Source of the DNA: Acidobacteriota bacterium
GTDB taxonomy: Bacteria > Acidobacteriota > Vicinamibacteria > Vicinamibacterales > JAKQTR01
Reading direction: 5' to 3'
Length of the DNA: 64,000 bases
Assembly: GCA_026393755.1 (NCBI GenBank)
Contig: JAPKZO010000029.1
Span: forward strand, 16,490 to 80,489
Under the pieces are notes generated by a model. The model saw nothing but the letters and a program-made list of their open reading frames with translations. It had not been told where the DNA came from and did no database searches. Made by a program: the position numbers and the translations under genes. Positions 7,947 to 19,107 of this stretch are shown one piece after another (positions within the stretch are counted from its first letter, which is position 1; each line of letters begins with the position of its first letter).

Positions 7947-10900
7947 CTAACGCTTGGGCATCAAGACGCCCAGCTGCCCGGCGGCCTTCCTTTTCGCGTT
8001 GAACGCGGCCAGATCGACGCTGGTCAGCGCCGTCCACTTCGCCATCACGGCCGCGGCATTCGTGCGCGCGGTGGCGCATGCTGCCACTTCGCGAGCGGTC
8101 GGCGCGATTTCCGCCGCCTGCATTGCCATGGCCGCTGACGACATCTCCGTGCTCACGCTCTGAAGCGTAGGGGCAGCCGCCGCGCCTCCCGTACTCCGCC
8201 CGGCTTGCCCGGCCGAAGCCCCAGGCGAAGGCGGGCCGCCGCGCCCGCCGGCGGCTGCTGCGCCGGCCCCTGCGCCCCGACCGCCGCGTCCGGCGCCCGA
8301 TCCTCCGCCAGCCGCCGGCGCAAGCGCGACGACGGCGGCCTTGAACTTCGTCACGTCGTCGCCCGACAACGTGTCAAGCTGCGCAACCAGGGCGCGCGCC
8401 AGCTGGTAGGCCGCATGCGCCGTTCGGGCACCCTCGTACATCTCGCTCGTGAGCGACGCGAGCGTCGCCAGATCGGCGGCAGACGCGGTGACACGCGGAT
8501 CGATCTTCAGCGCGATGGGCTGCGTGTAGTTCTTGCCGTCAACCGTAAGGCGCACCGTATAGGATCCGGGCGGCGCCCACGGAGAATTGACTGAAGGGTA
8601 CGTCCGATGCGGCACAGCGCCGGCACTGCCACCACCGCCGCGCCCCCCACCCCCTTCGCCGATCGGGTCGTAGTGCATGTCCCACCAGACGCGGTGCATG
8701 CCCGCGCGGGTCGAGACGACCATTGGCGGAGCTGGCCAGTACAGAGGCAGCGAGCAATCCGGGGCATTCGGTGTTTCCTGACAGATCTTGTTGTACGCGA
8801 TCGGATCGATGGCCGGATGAACCGCGGGCACCGGATCCGTGCTCGAATACGTGCGTACCACGCGTCTGACTGTGTCGAGAATCTCCAGCGTGACCGGCCC
8901 AGCCGCGTCGGCCGCGAGGTAGTAGTCAAGGATGGCGCCGGGCGGGGGATTCTCTCCCGCCGGCACCTCGGGCGGCCACGGCGTGGGCGGGTTCATGCCG
9001 AAACGCACACGCACAGCGGTCACCGGCTTTACCAGGTAGGCCGCGCGCGCGCCTTCCGCCGCACGCAGCGCCGCCGCCTGTCTGAGCGGCGCCACGTCAT
9101 CGAGAATCCAGAACCCTCGACCGTGCGTGCCTGCCACCAGGTCAGAGCACATACAGGTGGCGTCGTCCTTGATGGCGATGTCGCGCACGGAGACCGCCGG
9201 CATGTCGAGGCGCAGCGACTGCCAGTGGTCGCCGTCATCAAACGACACCCACACCTGCGTCTCGGTTGCCGCGTACAGAAGCCCTTTCTGACGCGGATCT
9301 TCGCGAATGGAATTGGAGACCGCCCCGGAGGGTAGCCCCGTGTTGATTTCCTTCCACGTCTTGCCCCCGTCGTCGGTGCGCCAGAAGTGCGGATTCATGT
9401 CGTCGAGGCGCATCGTGTTTGCCGCGGCGTACGCGGTGAGCGCGCTGAAATGTCCCGCCTCGATGTTGAAGATGCGCGTCCACGGCTTGATCGCCGCAGG
9501 CGTGACATTGGTCCATGTGCGTCCGACGCCCGTCATCACCTGGATCCGCCCGTCGTCTGTGCCGGCCCAGAGCACGTTTGCGTCGATCGGCGACGGCGAC
9601 AGCGCGGTGATCGAACCCGTCGGAGCCGGCGTCACGCCGCTCGCGTACTTCCCGGTGTTCGCCGGCACGTCCCACGCCTGTCGCGTCAGGTCACCGCTGA
9701 TGCGGGCCCAACTCCTGCCGCCGTCAGCGGTCTGGAACACGGCGTTCTGCGCGTAGAAGAGGACGCTCGGGTTCACGGGCGACCACTCGAGCGGCATCGT
9801 CCGCACGTTGCGGGTGTAGGTCATGCCCTTCGCGTCAGGCGCGGAAAGATCGGGGCCGACGTTTTTGATCTGGCCGGTCTTGCGGTTGAAGAGCGTGACG
9901 TTGTTGCGCGAACTGCCGTAGACCAGATCCGGGTTCTTCGGATCGGGCGCGGCTTCGCCGTACTCCTGGATCCCAACCGGGCTCCAGTTGCGGAACGTAA
10001 TCTGACCATCGTTTCCGCGGCTGTCCACGCACGCCGATCCGGAATCCTGCTGGCCGCCGCACACGCGATACGGGAACGCGTTGTCTGTCGTCACGTGGTA
10101 CATCGCCGCCGTCGGCTGCGTGTACCAGTTGCTCCAGCTCGTGCCGCGATTGCCCGAGACGACCGCGCCCTGGTCGGCCACGGCGAAGATGATGTCGGTG
10201 TTGTTCGGATTGATCCAGAGACCCTGATAATCGTCGCCGCCGGGTGCGCCGCGGACGGCGCTCCACGTCTGGCCGGCATCCTCCGATCGCCACAGCACCG
10301 TCGAACAGGTGTAGAGGACGTCGGGGTTCTTCGGGTCGACGATGACAGGCGGAAGGTCGCCGCCGCCGATGCGCCCAAGCGGCCGGTTGTCGGGCGTCCG
10401 GGTGCCCGAACCGTTCGGCCCTCGCACCGCGAGGAACCAGTGATCGCCGCCGTCGACAGACTTGTACAAGCCGATGCTGCCGCCGCCGCCACGCCCGGCC
10501 GGAGCCCCGGCCGCAGGCGGCCCTCCAGCCGCGGCCCGTCCTGCCGGCGCTGCGCCTTGCCCGGCCGGAGCCCCAGGCGAAGGCGGGCCCCCCGCGATCG
10601 TCGCGTAGAGGATCTTCGAATCGCCCGGCGCCACGCCGAGGTTGGCCTGAATGACGGCGGGCAACCCCTCAATCAGCTGCTTCCACGTGGTGCCGCCGTC
10701 GGTGGACTTGAAGATGCCACCACCGGTGCTCCCGAACGCGCCGCCTTCGATGTAGCTCTGCTGCTGCACCCAGAGCGCGGCATAGACCGTGTTTGGTTCG
10801 GACGGATCGATGCGGACGTCGTTCGCGCTGGTGTACTCGTCCTTGTAGAGCACCTTCTGGAAGGTCTTCCCGCCATCGGTCGATCGAAACACGCCGCGCT

Positions 10901-11417
10901 CGGCGTTTGGCCCGTACGGATGCCCGAGGGCGGCGACGAAGAGCCGATTGGGATCGCGCGGATCGACGTCGATCATCGCGATCATCTGGCTATCGAAGAG
11001 CCCCAGATGCGTCCATGTCTTTCCCGCGTCGGTGGATTTGTACACGCCGTTGCCGGTCGACAGATCCGGACGGATGATGGCGGCGCCGGTGCCGACATAG
11101 ATGATCTGCGGATTAGAAGGCGCCACGGCGATCGCGCCGATGGAGCCGGTGGATTCACGATCGAAGATTGGGGTCCAGTTCGAGCCGTAATCGGTGGACC
11201 GCCAGACGCCACCGTTGTCGAAACCGACATAGAAGACGTTCGGCTGACTCGGCACGCCGGCGAGCGGGCGCGCGCGGCCGGCACGCGAGGGCCCAATCTG
11301 ACGCCAGTGCATGGCCGACGCCGGGTCAACTCCGGCCTGCCGGGAGGAGAGTGTCGAAGACGCGGCGACGCCGCCGACGATGGTCGCGGCGATGAGGCAT
11401 AGGCGAGTCAGGCGCAT
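7947..11417 (-). CDS. Secreted sortilin/VPS10-like BNR (Asp-box) repeat protein, ~1,156 aa
   Basis: Start set to ATG 11417 (signal peptide 'MRLTRLCLIAATIVGGVAASS'). Multiple Asp-boxes: 'STDAGKTWTH', 'STDGGKTFQK', 'STDGGTTWKQ', 'SEDAGQTWSA', 'TADGGRSWAR', 'TDDGGKTWKE', 'SFDDGDHWQS'. Three Gly/Arg/Ala-rich tracts. Confidence 0.8.
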   Translation of the reverse strand: MRLTRLCLIAATIVGGVAASSTLSSRQAGVDPASAMHWRQIGPSRAGRARPLAGVPSQPNVFYVGFDNGGVWRSTDYGSNWTPIFDRESTGSIGAIAVAPSNPQIIYVGTGAAIIRPDLSTGNGVYKSTDAGKTWTHLGLFDSQMIAMIDVDPRDPNRLFVAALGHPYGPNAERGVFRSTDGGKTFQKVLYKDEYTSANDVRIDPSEPNTVYAALWVQQQSYIEGGAFGSTGGGIFKSTDGGTTWKQLIEGLPAVIQANLGVAPGDSKILYATIAGGPPSPGAPAGQGAAPAGRAAAGGPPAAGAPAGRGGGGSIGLYKSVDGGDHWFLAVRGPNGSGTRTPDNRPLGRIGGGDLPPVIVDPKNPDVLYTCSTVLWRSEDAGQTWSAVRGAPGGDDYQGLWINPNNTDIIFAVADQGAVVSGNRGTSWSNWYTQPTAAMYHVTTDNAFPYRVCGGQQDSGSACVDSRGNDGQITFRNWSPVGIQEYGEAAPDPKNPDLVYGSSRNNVTLFNRKTGQIKNVGPDLSAPDAKGMTYTRNVRTMPLEWSPVNPSVLFYAQNAVFQTADGGRSWARISGDLTRQAWDVPANTGKYASGVTPAPTGSITALSPSPIDANVLWAGTDDGRIQVMTGVGRTWTNVTPAAIKPWTRIFNIEAGHFSALTAYAAANTMRLDDMNPHFWRTDDGGKTWKEINTGLPSGAVSNSIREDPRQKGLLYAATETQVWVSFDDGDHWQSLRLDMPAVSVRDIAIKDDATCMCSDLVAGTHGRGFWILDDVAPLRQAAALRAAEGARAAYLVKPVTAVRVRFGMNPPTPWPPEVPAGENPPPGAILDYYLAADAAGPVTLEILDTVRRVVRTYSSTDPVPAVHPAIDPIAYNKICQETPNAPDCSLPLYWPAPPMVVSTRAGMHRVWWDMHYDPIGEGGGGRGGGGSAGAVPHRTYPSVNSPWAPPGSYTVRLTVDGKNYTQPIALKIDPRVTASAADLATLASLTSEMYEGARTAHAAYQLARALVAQLDTLSGDDVTKFKAAVVALAPAAGGGSGAGRGGRGAGAGAAAAGGRGGPPSPGASAGQAGRSTGGAAAAPTLQSVSTEMSSAAMAMQAAEIAPTAREVAACATARTNAAAVMAKWTALTSVDLAAFNAKRKAAGQLGVLMPKR

Positions 11418-12290
11418 GGCGATTCCCTTCGGTGCAAGGAGATTTCCTTGGGACGCGTGGATTCTACCGCAATCCCTCCCGCCAGAAACAGACGCTGGCT
11501 CCGGCCCGGCCAGTTCAGACCTGCTGCTCTTCCTGCCACGGCACGAGCGCGGCCGAGAGGCGTTGCAGGAGGGCGTTGAAGACAATTCCCAGCGCCGCGA
11601 TCACGAACAGGCTGGCGTAGAGCTGGTCAATGCGCAGCGTCTGCCAGGCCATCCAGATCATCGACCCCAGCCCGTTCTGCGTCAGCACCAGCTCGACGGC
11701 AATCGTCAGCAGAAGCGCCGTGTTCAGCGCGAGCCGCGCGCCGGCCAGCAGCAGCGGCAGGCTGCCGGGCAGAACGACCCGCGTCAGGACTTTCGCCCGG
11801 CTCGCACCGCAGTTGCGGGCGACCTCGAAGTGAATCGGGCTGATCTGTCGTACGCCCTCCATGGCGCTAATCAGTATCGGGAAGAACGCTGACGTGGCGA
11901 TGACGACGATCTTTGCCGACTCGCCGATGCCAAAGACGACCATGACCAGAGGCAGGAGGGCAATCTTCGGGATTGGGTGCATGGCGGCTACCAATGGATC
12001 GCCCAGCGCGCGCGCCCGACGCGACCAGCCCATCGCCAGCCCGACCGCCGCTCCAGGCACGCCGCCCAGCGCGAGCCCGACGAGCACACGCCACACCGTC
12101 GCAGTTGTGTGGCGGGCCAGTTCGCCGCTCGCCGCGAGCGCGGCGACCTTCGAGGCGATCGCAGACGGCGCCGGCAGGAGCAGCGGCGGCAACCAGCCCA
12201 GGCGCGCCGCCCCTTCCCACGCCGCGAGCACGCCGCCGACGACACCTGGCAGCACGATCGCGCGCCACCGATCGCGGCTCGGGCTTCGGG

Positions 12291-13070
<780 letters not shown>

Positions 13071-13085
13071 TGTTCGCAGCGGTCC

Positions 13086-13766
13086 TCAGCGTGTGTCTTC
13101 CCAGAACACGAACATGTCCCAGCGTCGGGCCTTGATCCGACACCCGGGCAGATGACGGCTGTACGCGTCGCGGAACTCGGCCGGCGTCAGCTTTGGTCGC
13201 ACGTAGTGGCGGACCCACCCCTGGCTGGTCCGAAACAACAGGACGCGGAACATCGTCCGGATCCCGAAAGCCCTCGCGTGCCCAGGCGCGGCCGCCAGTG
13301 CCCTCAGTATCGCCCAGGCCGGCAGCCGGTCCAGCCGAGGATGGCGCTGGACGAGATCCGCAATCAGGATGCGCCCGCCCGGCCTGACCACCCGGCGCAG
13401 TTCGGGCAGTGAAGTCTCCAGGCGCGTATTGTAGAGCGCCGCACTGCTGATGACGCAGTCGAACGACTTGTCGCCGAAGGGAAGCGCCTGCAGGTCGCCA
13501 CGAACGAACTCGACGTTCGGCTTCTGCGCCTCGATGCTGCGTCTTGCGGCCACTGCCAGCATTGCACGCGAGATGTCCATGCCCACCACTCGCGCGGCGT
13601 GGTCCGCCACGTGAACCGCCAGGATCCCGGAGCCACAACCCGCATCCAGGACCGTTCCGCCATGGCCCGACAGGCCTTTCAAGAACGGCTCGAAGCGGGC
13701 CACCCCAAATGTCTGGGCCCAGAGATCGAACCCTTCAGCCAGCGGATCGAAAGCGGGGAGATTCAT
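13086..13766 (-). CDS. Class I SAM-dependent methyltransferase
   Basis: Motif I 'VLDAGCGSGILA' and post-I 'VVGMDIS'. Its ATG overlaps the stop of the upstream SBP gene (ATGA). Confidence 0.85.
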   Translation of the reverse strand: MNLPAFDPLAEGFDLWAQTFGVARFEPFLKGLSGHGGTVLDAGCGSGILAVHVADHAARVVGMDISRAMLAVAARRSIEAQKPNVEFVRGDLQALPFGDKSFDCVISSAALYNTRLETSLPELRRVVRPGGRILIADLVQRHPRLDRLPAWAILRALAAAPGHARAFGIRTMFRVLLFRTSQGWVRHYVRPKLTPAEFRDAYSRHLPGCRIKARRWDMFVFWEDTR

Positions 13767-14782
13767 CGGCGCGCCTGGTTCGCGAAGTCCACGAACGCCG
13801 AATCCCAGAGCTGGCCCGGCGTGAGCGCGCGGTCCAGGAGATGTTTCCCAAGGCCCCAGCGTTGAAACTCCATCATGCTGCCCGTGTCGACGCGCCCGTC
13901 GCCGCGGACCGAGGGCCAGCAGGCCTTGCGGAGCAGATCGGCGTCGAGCCCGGTATGCCTCGCCACGATTTCGAGATTGCGGGCGGACTTTCCCTCGTTG
14001 TACTGCTCGACCGACGCGAGATAGGCCGTCATGAACCGTCGGCCCGCGTCAGGATTTCCCGTCAGCAGGGACGGACCGTACGCCGTGACCAGGTGCTGGT
14101 AGTTTGGTGCCACCTGCCCGGCCGACGCGAGAATGACCGCAGTTTCCGCCTGCACGATGCGCGTCAACCACGGCTCCAGGACGAACGCGGCGTCGACCGA
14201 CCCGCTGCGTAACGCGTCGGCGACAACCGCTCCCTCGGGCAGGTCCACGATCGTGATATCGGCGAGTGCCAGCCCGGCCTGGGCCAGTAGTTTCTCGGTG
14301 ACGTAGCCCGGGGAAGATGACGGGTTCAGGGCCACGCGCCGGCCCCGCAGGTCGGCAGGCCGACCCACAGTGCGATGCTCCACCAACGACCGCCTGACGA
14401 CGAGCGCACCGTACGCGCAGCCAGTCGGGGCGATGAATCCCCTGTCGGACACAACCCTGATGCCGGCATTCTGTCCGATGGCGTTGAGCAGGCCGAGGCT
14501 GACGCTTCCGGTCCACACGTCCAGCGCGCCACGGGCGAGCGCCAGCAGCGCGTCGGTCGACCGGCTCACTTTCACGAACTCGACATCCAGCCCCTGCGCC
14601 GCGAAGTACCCTCCATCGGCCGCGACGAACAGCGGTGCCGAGGATAGTGACGGCAGGACCAGCACCTTCAACCTGACCGACCCCGCAGCGGGAGGGCGCA
14701 CCGCAGAACGCGTGTCGCACGCCAGCATCTGGATCGCGATCGCGATGACGATCAGCCAGGTTGCCCACCGATGTCCTGTCAT
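13763..14782 (-). CDS. ABC transporter substrate-binding protein (NMT1/SsuA-like)
   Basis: Raw ORF trimmed to ATG 14782, giving anchor/lipobox-like 'MTGHRWATWLIVIAIAIQMLAC'. About 340 aa, periplasmic-binding-protein-like. Sits in the operon with the permease and ATPase. Confidence 0.7.
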   Translation of the reverse strand: MTGHRWATWLIVIAIAIQMLACDTRSAVRPPAAGSVRLKVLVLPSLSSAPLFVAADGGYFAAQGLDVEFVKVSRSTDALLALARGALDVWTGSVSLGLLNAIGQNAGIRVVSDRGFIAPTGCAYGALVVRRSLVEHRTVGRPADLRGRRVALNPSSSPGYVTEKLLAQAGLALADITIVDLPEGAVVADALRSGSVDAAFVLEPWLTRIVQAETAVILASAGQVAPNYQHLVTAYGPSLLTGNPDAGRRFMTAYLASVEQYNEGKSARNLEIVARHTGLDADLLRKACWPSVRGDGRVDTGSMMEFQRWGLGKHLLDRALTPGQLWDSAFVDFANQARR

Positions 14783-14807
14783 CGCCAACTCCCGCGCCTG
14801 CACATGT

Positions 14808-16394
14808 TCACCTCCGCGGTCCGCGCAACGGCATGAACTTCCCCCGGGCTGTCCACGCCGGCACCGCACGCCTGACTCGCAACGTGCCGGCCTGGCTCCA
14901 GATTGCCGCGGCGTCGGCGGTGGCGACGCTGTCCTGCCGCAGCGAGGCAAGCACGGTGTCAACGACCACTGCCTCGTCATCGATTTGGATCGTCGGGCTG
15001 ATCACGAGGTAAAGCCGGGTGTGCCCGACATCATCTTCTTCCTCGAGCAGTTGGTAGTCCAGGGGACTGCCGCCGAATCGCGCCGGCAGCACCTCTTCGA
15101 GAATGCGGACCATGTCGCTGCCCACCAGTGTCACGCCTTCGCCCGTCAGCTTGCTGAAGCTTCGGACTTCGCGGAGGTGGTCGGTCAGGCCGTAAGCCTC
15201 CAGTGGGCAGCCGCAGTTGCGCGTCTCAATCACACCGACATCGTCACTCTCGACGTTCAGCAGCAGCATCGGCGCGGCGGGAAGCAAACTGGTGAAGCAG
15301 AACGCGCCGAGCGGCGCGTCCCAGCCCGGCACGTGGCGCTCCGACACAATGACCGCCACGCCATCCTTGAACAGGTGGAGGTCGTTGCCATCCACAGGTC
15401 TGGCGCACCCTGCCCCGATGCATCCCACGTCGCTCGAGATGTAGACCGGCAGCCAGCCGGCGCCGGTGCTGGTGATTGCGTTCACCTTGGCTGGGGTAGG
15501 AGGCTCGCCCCCGCTGACGAAGGTCACGCCGGACAGATCCAGGCCTTCCGCTCGCGCGGCGAGGCACACCCGGAGCGCCATACTGACGTGGGCGCGGACG
15601 ACGCAGGCACCGCAAGCCTGCCTCGTAGCGATCGCCCAGCGCGCCACAACCACCGCCTGGTTCATCGTGACCCGCTCGGGGCTCGGAATAGGCCGACCGT
15701 ACAGTCGTGCCAGGGCGACGATCCCTTTCGTGGCGATTCGGAATCTGAGGGGCGGCCGCAGGTCCTGGTCCCCGATCGGCGAGAACCATTTTTCCGGAAC
15801 GTTGCCGAATCGGGCAGCCCGCAGGATGTTCGCGATGCCGCTGCCGTCGGGCAAGGGGGCACGCCAGATCGCCATGGGCACGTGGGCCACACCGTGGGCG
15901 TGCTGGGCGAGGAGGACCTGAGACGCCTGGGCCGCGAGGTTGTCGAGGTCGATGTCGACCCGCGCGCCTGCACCGGTGCTCCCGCTGGTTTCGGCCGCAT
16001 AGGCGGCGCTCAGGTAGGGGTTGCGGAAATCGTGCGCCCCGGCGTTGATGACCCGCCCGTTCCGCACGATCGGCGTGCGCCCCTTGAACTCCTCGAAGGT
16101 GACGAAGACCCCGGCGTCTCTCAGGGCGCGAAGGGTTCCTTCCAGGCCGTCGCTGCGCACCAGGCGCTCGATGTCGCCCATCTGGCAACTGGCGGCTTCG
16201 AGCAACTGCCGGTACGGACTGCGGGCATACCCGAAGATGCCCTTCCTGACGAGGCGGAGGAAGTTCTGTTCACGCTCCGCGAGCCGGCGGCGAACGGTCG
16301 CAAGCGCCTCTTCCACCGTGAGGGTGTGGCGCAGGAAGCCCCGCAGCCCCCATGCGAAACGCGCGTACATCTTCGAGTCGTCCAGGACGCTCAT
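14808..16394 (-). CDS. Adenylate-forming enzyme, phenylacetate-CoA ligase / CapK / F390-synthetase-like
   Basis: This is the C-terminal 529 aa of the 989-aa raw ORF. ATG 16394 overlaps the flippase stop (ATGA). AMP-binding motif 'ETSGSTGAGARV'. Confidence 0.7.
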   Translation of the reverse strand: MSVLDDSKMYARFAWGLRGFLRHTLTVEEALATVRRRLAEREQNFLRLVRKGIFGYARSPYRQLLEAASCQMGDIERLVRSDGLEGTLRALRDAGVFVTFEEFKGRTPIVRNGRVINAGAHDFRNPYLSAAYAAETSGSTGAGARVDIDLDNLAAQASQVLLAQHAHGVAHVPMAIWRAPLPDGSGIANILRAARFGNVPEKWFSPIGDQDLRPPLRFRIATKGIVALARLYGRPIPSPERVTMNQAVVVARWAIATRQACGACVVRAHVSMALRVCLAARAEGLDLSGVTFVSGGEPPTPAKVNAITSTGAGWLPVYISSDVGCIGAGCARPVDGNDLHLFKDGVAVIVSERHVPGWDAPLGAFCFTSLLPAAPMLLLNVESDDVGVIETRNCGCPLEAYGLTDHLREVRSFSKLTGEGVTLVGSDMVRILEEVLPARFGGSPLDYQLLEEEDDVGHTRLYLVISPTIQIDDEAVVVDTVLASLRQDSVATADAAAIWSQAGTLRVRRAVPAWTARGKFMPLRGPRR

Positions 16395-17683
16395 TGCGGA
16401 AATCTCACACGGGCCGCGCTCGAGACGAACAGTCCGATGCCTTCCACTCGTTTCAGCACGAGTAGCGCCACGCCCGCAGCGAGCCACGACACGGTGGCCG
16501 TGACGACGGCGGCGCCAAACCCGCCGAACCGCGGGATCGCCAGCAGATGACCGACGATCGCCACCGGCACGAGCGGGGCCGCGATGGCTACAGTCGTGCC
16601 CACCCGGTCGTGTGCCACCAGCAGTGTCGAGGCCAGGACGAGCTCGACGTTCGCCAGACTCGCCACAGAGAGCACGGCCAGTATCGGTCCTGCTGCAGCA
16701 AAGGCCTGGCCGAACATCAGCCGCACGATCTCCCCCGACGCGACGGCGACGACGGCTGCGACCGGCGCAAGCCAGAAAGCGCAGTGGAGAGCCTCTCTGC
16801 TGAGCCTGTGCGCAGACGCCCCGTCGCCGACGGCCACCAGCCTGCTTACGGACGACAACAGGACAGGCGCGAATGCTGTCGCGACGAATCCCGGCAGCGC
16901 AGCCAGGCTCTGCGCGGCGCCGTACATGCCGGTGTCGGCCGTGCGTCCGCCGATCGCCTGGAGGCAGAGGAGATCGACCCGCTCGAACGCCCTCACGGAT
17001 ACGCCAGCCAGAAACAGCGGGGCGGCCAGACGGCCCAGTTCCCGCCAGGGCGTGCGGTCGGCCGCAAGAAGCGATGGACGGACGAACCACCGGGCCGCGA
17101 CAAGTTCCAGCGCGGTAGCTGCAACCGTGGCGACGACGGCTCCGTTCACGCCAAACCCCACCTGGACGAGGACAAGGACAAGCACCAAGCGGCCGATCCA
17201 GCGGATGCTGCTCGCGACGGCGCGCGCGCGGAACCGCTCCAATCCGGTCAGCACGAGCCGGTGACTGAGCGCGAGACCGGCGAGCGGGGCGCTCAGCGCG
17301 GCCAGGTACAAGAGCGGCACCACCGCTCGATCGCCGAGCAACGCGCCTGCCGGCCCGGCGCAGATTGCCAGCAGCGCCCCGATCGCGACGCCCACCGCGA
17401 GCATCGCGCGGACGATGGCCGATCCGACCGGCCGCCAGTCGCTCGCGACAGCAATCTGGCGAATCGCGGCGCGCGAGAAGAACGACGCGACCAGCCACTC
17501 GACCCAGCCGATCACCGTGGCGGCCAGTGCGAACAGTCCGTACTGCGACGGTCCCAGGCGTCGCGCCAGGAACACGGAAATGACGAGGGCGGTCGGAACA
17601 AACAGGCTGTCGGCAACCAGAAGCCAGGCGCCCCCCGCAAGCGTGGCGCGAAACGGAGACCGCTGCGGTTCGCTCATCGGCAT
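16391..17683 (-). CDS. Polysaccharide biosynthesis protein / Wzx-type (MOP family) flippase
   Basis: Raw 596-aa ORF trimmed to 'MPMSEPQRSPF' (ATG 17683, sharing one nt with the upstream stop). About 12 predicted hydrophobic helices throughout. Confidence 0.8.
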   Translation of the reverse strand: MPMSEPQRSPFRATLAGGAWLLVADSLFVPTALVISVFLARRLGPSQYGLFALAATVIGWVEWLVASFFSRAAIRQIAVASDWRPVGSAIVRAMLAVGVAIGALLAICAGPAGALLGDRAVVPLLYLAALSAPLAGLALSHRLVLTGLERFRARAVASSIRWIGRLVLVLVLVQVGFGVNGAVVATVAATALELVAARWFVRPSLLAADRTPWRELGRLAAPLFLAGVSVRAFERVDLLCLQAIGGRTADTGMYGAAQSLAALPGFVATAFAPVLLSSVSRLVAVGDGASAHRLSREALHCAFWLAPVAAVVAVASGEIVRLMFGQAFAAAGPILAVLSVASLANVELVLASTLLVAHDRVGTTVAIAAPLVPVAIVGHLLAIPRFGGFGAAVVTATVSWLAAGVALLVLKRVEGIGLFVSSAARVRFPQ

Positions 17684-19107
17684 CAAGCGCCCGCGACTCG
17701 TCCGGCGGCCGGCACATCCTCGACGTGCGACTCTTCGGCGTTGACCTCCCAGACATCGTGCTGTCCGCCGAGCACATTGAGCGCAGCCAGGCGCCCGGTC
17801 AGCATCGAGTGGTCCTGGTTGTTGTACCGGTGTGTACCGCTGCGGCCGATTGTCTGGAGGTTTTCGAAATGCCCCAGGTAGTCGCGGATTATTGCGAGGT
17901 TCGCGCGGTACCCGCAGTCGTACACCGGGTAGGCGTTCTCCTGCCGAATCACGCATCCGTCCTCGACGCGGGCCGCGGGCGCGAGGCCCAGCGCGTGCAG
18001 TTCGCGCGTGGCCAACTCGAGAAGCTCGGCGTCGGTTCGGGACCACACCGCATCGCCGGTCGAGCAGAAGTACTCCATCCCCAGGCTGGTTCGGTGCGGG
18101 GCCGAAACCATCGACGCGCTCCAGTTCCCGAAGTTCTGGATCCGGCCGACCAGCACCTCCGGGCCGTGCACGTAAAGCCACGTGTCGGGAAACGTGCGCG
18201 GCGTGTCGATGATCAGGCCAACCATGATGAAGTCGCGGTGCCGCAGGGCGCGGCCCGCCGCGAGCACGTCCGGCGGGGGCGCAGGATCGAGGCGTTCCAG
18301 GAGATGCCTGAGCGGGAGAGTCGAAATCACGTGCCCCGCGCTCAGTGTCTCGGTGACGTCGCCGCCGACCTCGACGCGGTCAACCCGTCGGCCATCGTGA
18401 TGGATGCGCATGACCGGCGTTGCGAGGCGCACGGTCCCGCCCGCCGCCACGACGAGGTCCGCGAAGCGCTCCCACATCTGGCCGGGGCCGAGGCGCGGGT
18501 AGTGGAACTCGCGTGCGAGCGAGGCGGCGCCGTTGCGGCGGCCGAGTGCGCTGGCGATAGCCGAGCGCATCGTCAGGCCACGGATGCGTTGCGCGGCCCA
18601 ATCCGCCCGGATCTCTGAGCACGGCATGCCCCAGACCTTCTCGGTGTAGGTCTTGAAGAACGCCTCGTACAGCCGCCGGCCGAACCGGTTGACGACCCAC
18701 TCTTCAAACGTCCGTTCCTGTGGCGACGGACGCACGCGCGCGCTGAGGTAGCTGGCGATGATGCGAGCGCTCTCCCACGCCCCAAGGTTCCGCACGACGT
18801 TGACCAGATTGACCGGGTAGTCGAAGAACCGCCCGCGATAGAGGATGCGCGACAATCTCGGGACCCTGAGGAAGTCGTCGCCGAGCGTCTCTTGCCACTG
18901 CCGCTGGATCTCGGGCATCCGGGTGAGGAAGCGATGCCCGCCGACGTCGAATCGGTAGCCGCGGCACGACTCCGTTCGGGCGAGACCGCCCACTCTTGCC
19001 CGCTGCTCGCAGACGAGCACCTCCACGCCGGCGACCGCGAGAGACCTGGCGGCAGCCAGTCCGGCCGGGCCGGCCCCGGCGATGATGACCCGCCCGGGCG
19101 TGGTCAC
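17683..19107 (-). CDS. FAD/NAD(P)-dependent oxidoreductase (amine-oxidase / UDP-galactopyranose-mutase-like fold)
   Basis: N-terminal dinucleotide-binding 'VIIAGAGPAGLAAARSLAVAGVEVLVCEQRARVGG'. GTG start overlaps the GT2 stop (GTGA). Confidence 0.8.
   Translation of the reverse strand: MTTPGRVIIAGAGPAGLAAARSLAVAGVEVLVCEQRARVGGLARTESCRGYRFDVGGHRFLTRMPEIQRQWQETLGDDFLRVPRLSRILYRGRFFDYPVNLVNVVRNLGAWESARIIASYLSARVRPSPQERTFEEWVVNRFGRRLYEAFFKTYTEKVWGMPCSEIRADWAAQRIRGLTMRSAIASALGRRNGAASLAREFHYPRLGPGQMWERFADLVVAAGGTVRLATPVMRIHHDGRRVDRVEVGGDVTETLSAGHVISTLPLRHLLERLDPAPPPDVLAAGRALRHRDFIMVGLIIDTPRTFPDTWLYVHGPEVLVGRIQNFGNWSASMVSAPHRTSLGMEYFCSTGDAVWSRTDAELLELATRELHALGLAPAARVEDGCVIRQENAYPVYDCGYRANLAIIRDYLGHFENLQTIGRSGTHRYNNQDHSMLTGRLAALNVLGGQHDVWEVNAEESHVEDVPAAGRVAGA

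Noticed and set aside
9387-11402. 671-aa ORF on the plus strand, antisense to the BNR giant. Other long antisense ORFs are similar: 14370-16550 (+), 45607-47202 (-), 48910-50058 (-), 59392-60894 (-), 61802-63805 (+).
   Set aside because: All have Arg/Asp/Gly/Pro-dominated junk composition and lack start-site support. Each mirrors a gene with clear family motifs on the opposite strand, so they are GC-driven artefacts.
14808-17777. 989-aa ORF in the track that looks like one giant protein
   Set aside because: Only the C-terminal 529 aa (from ATG 16394) look like a real protein (the CapK/PaaK-like enzyme). The upstream 460 codons are Arg/Gly/Pro junk in a frame overlapping the well-supported Wzx flippase. 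ATG 16394 overlaps the flippase stop in a classic ATGA coupling.
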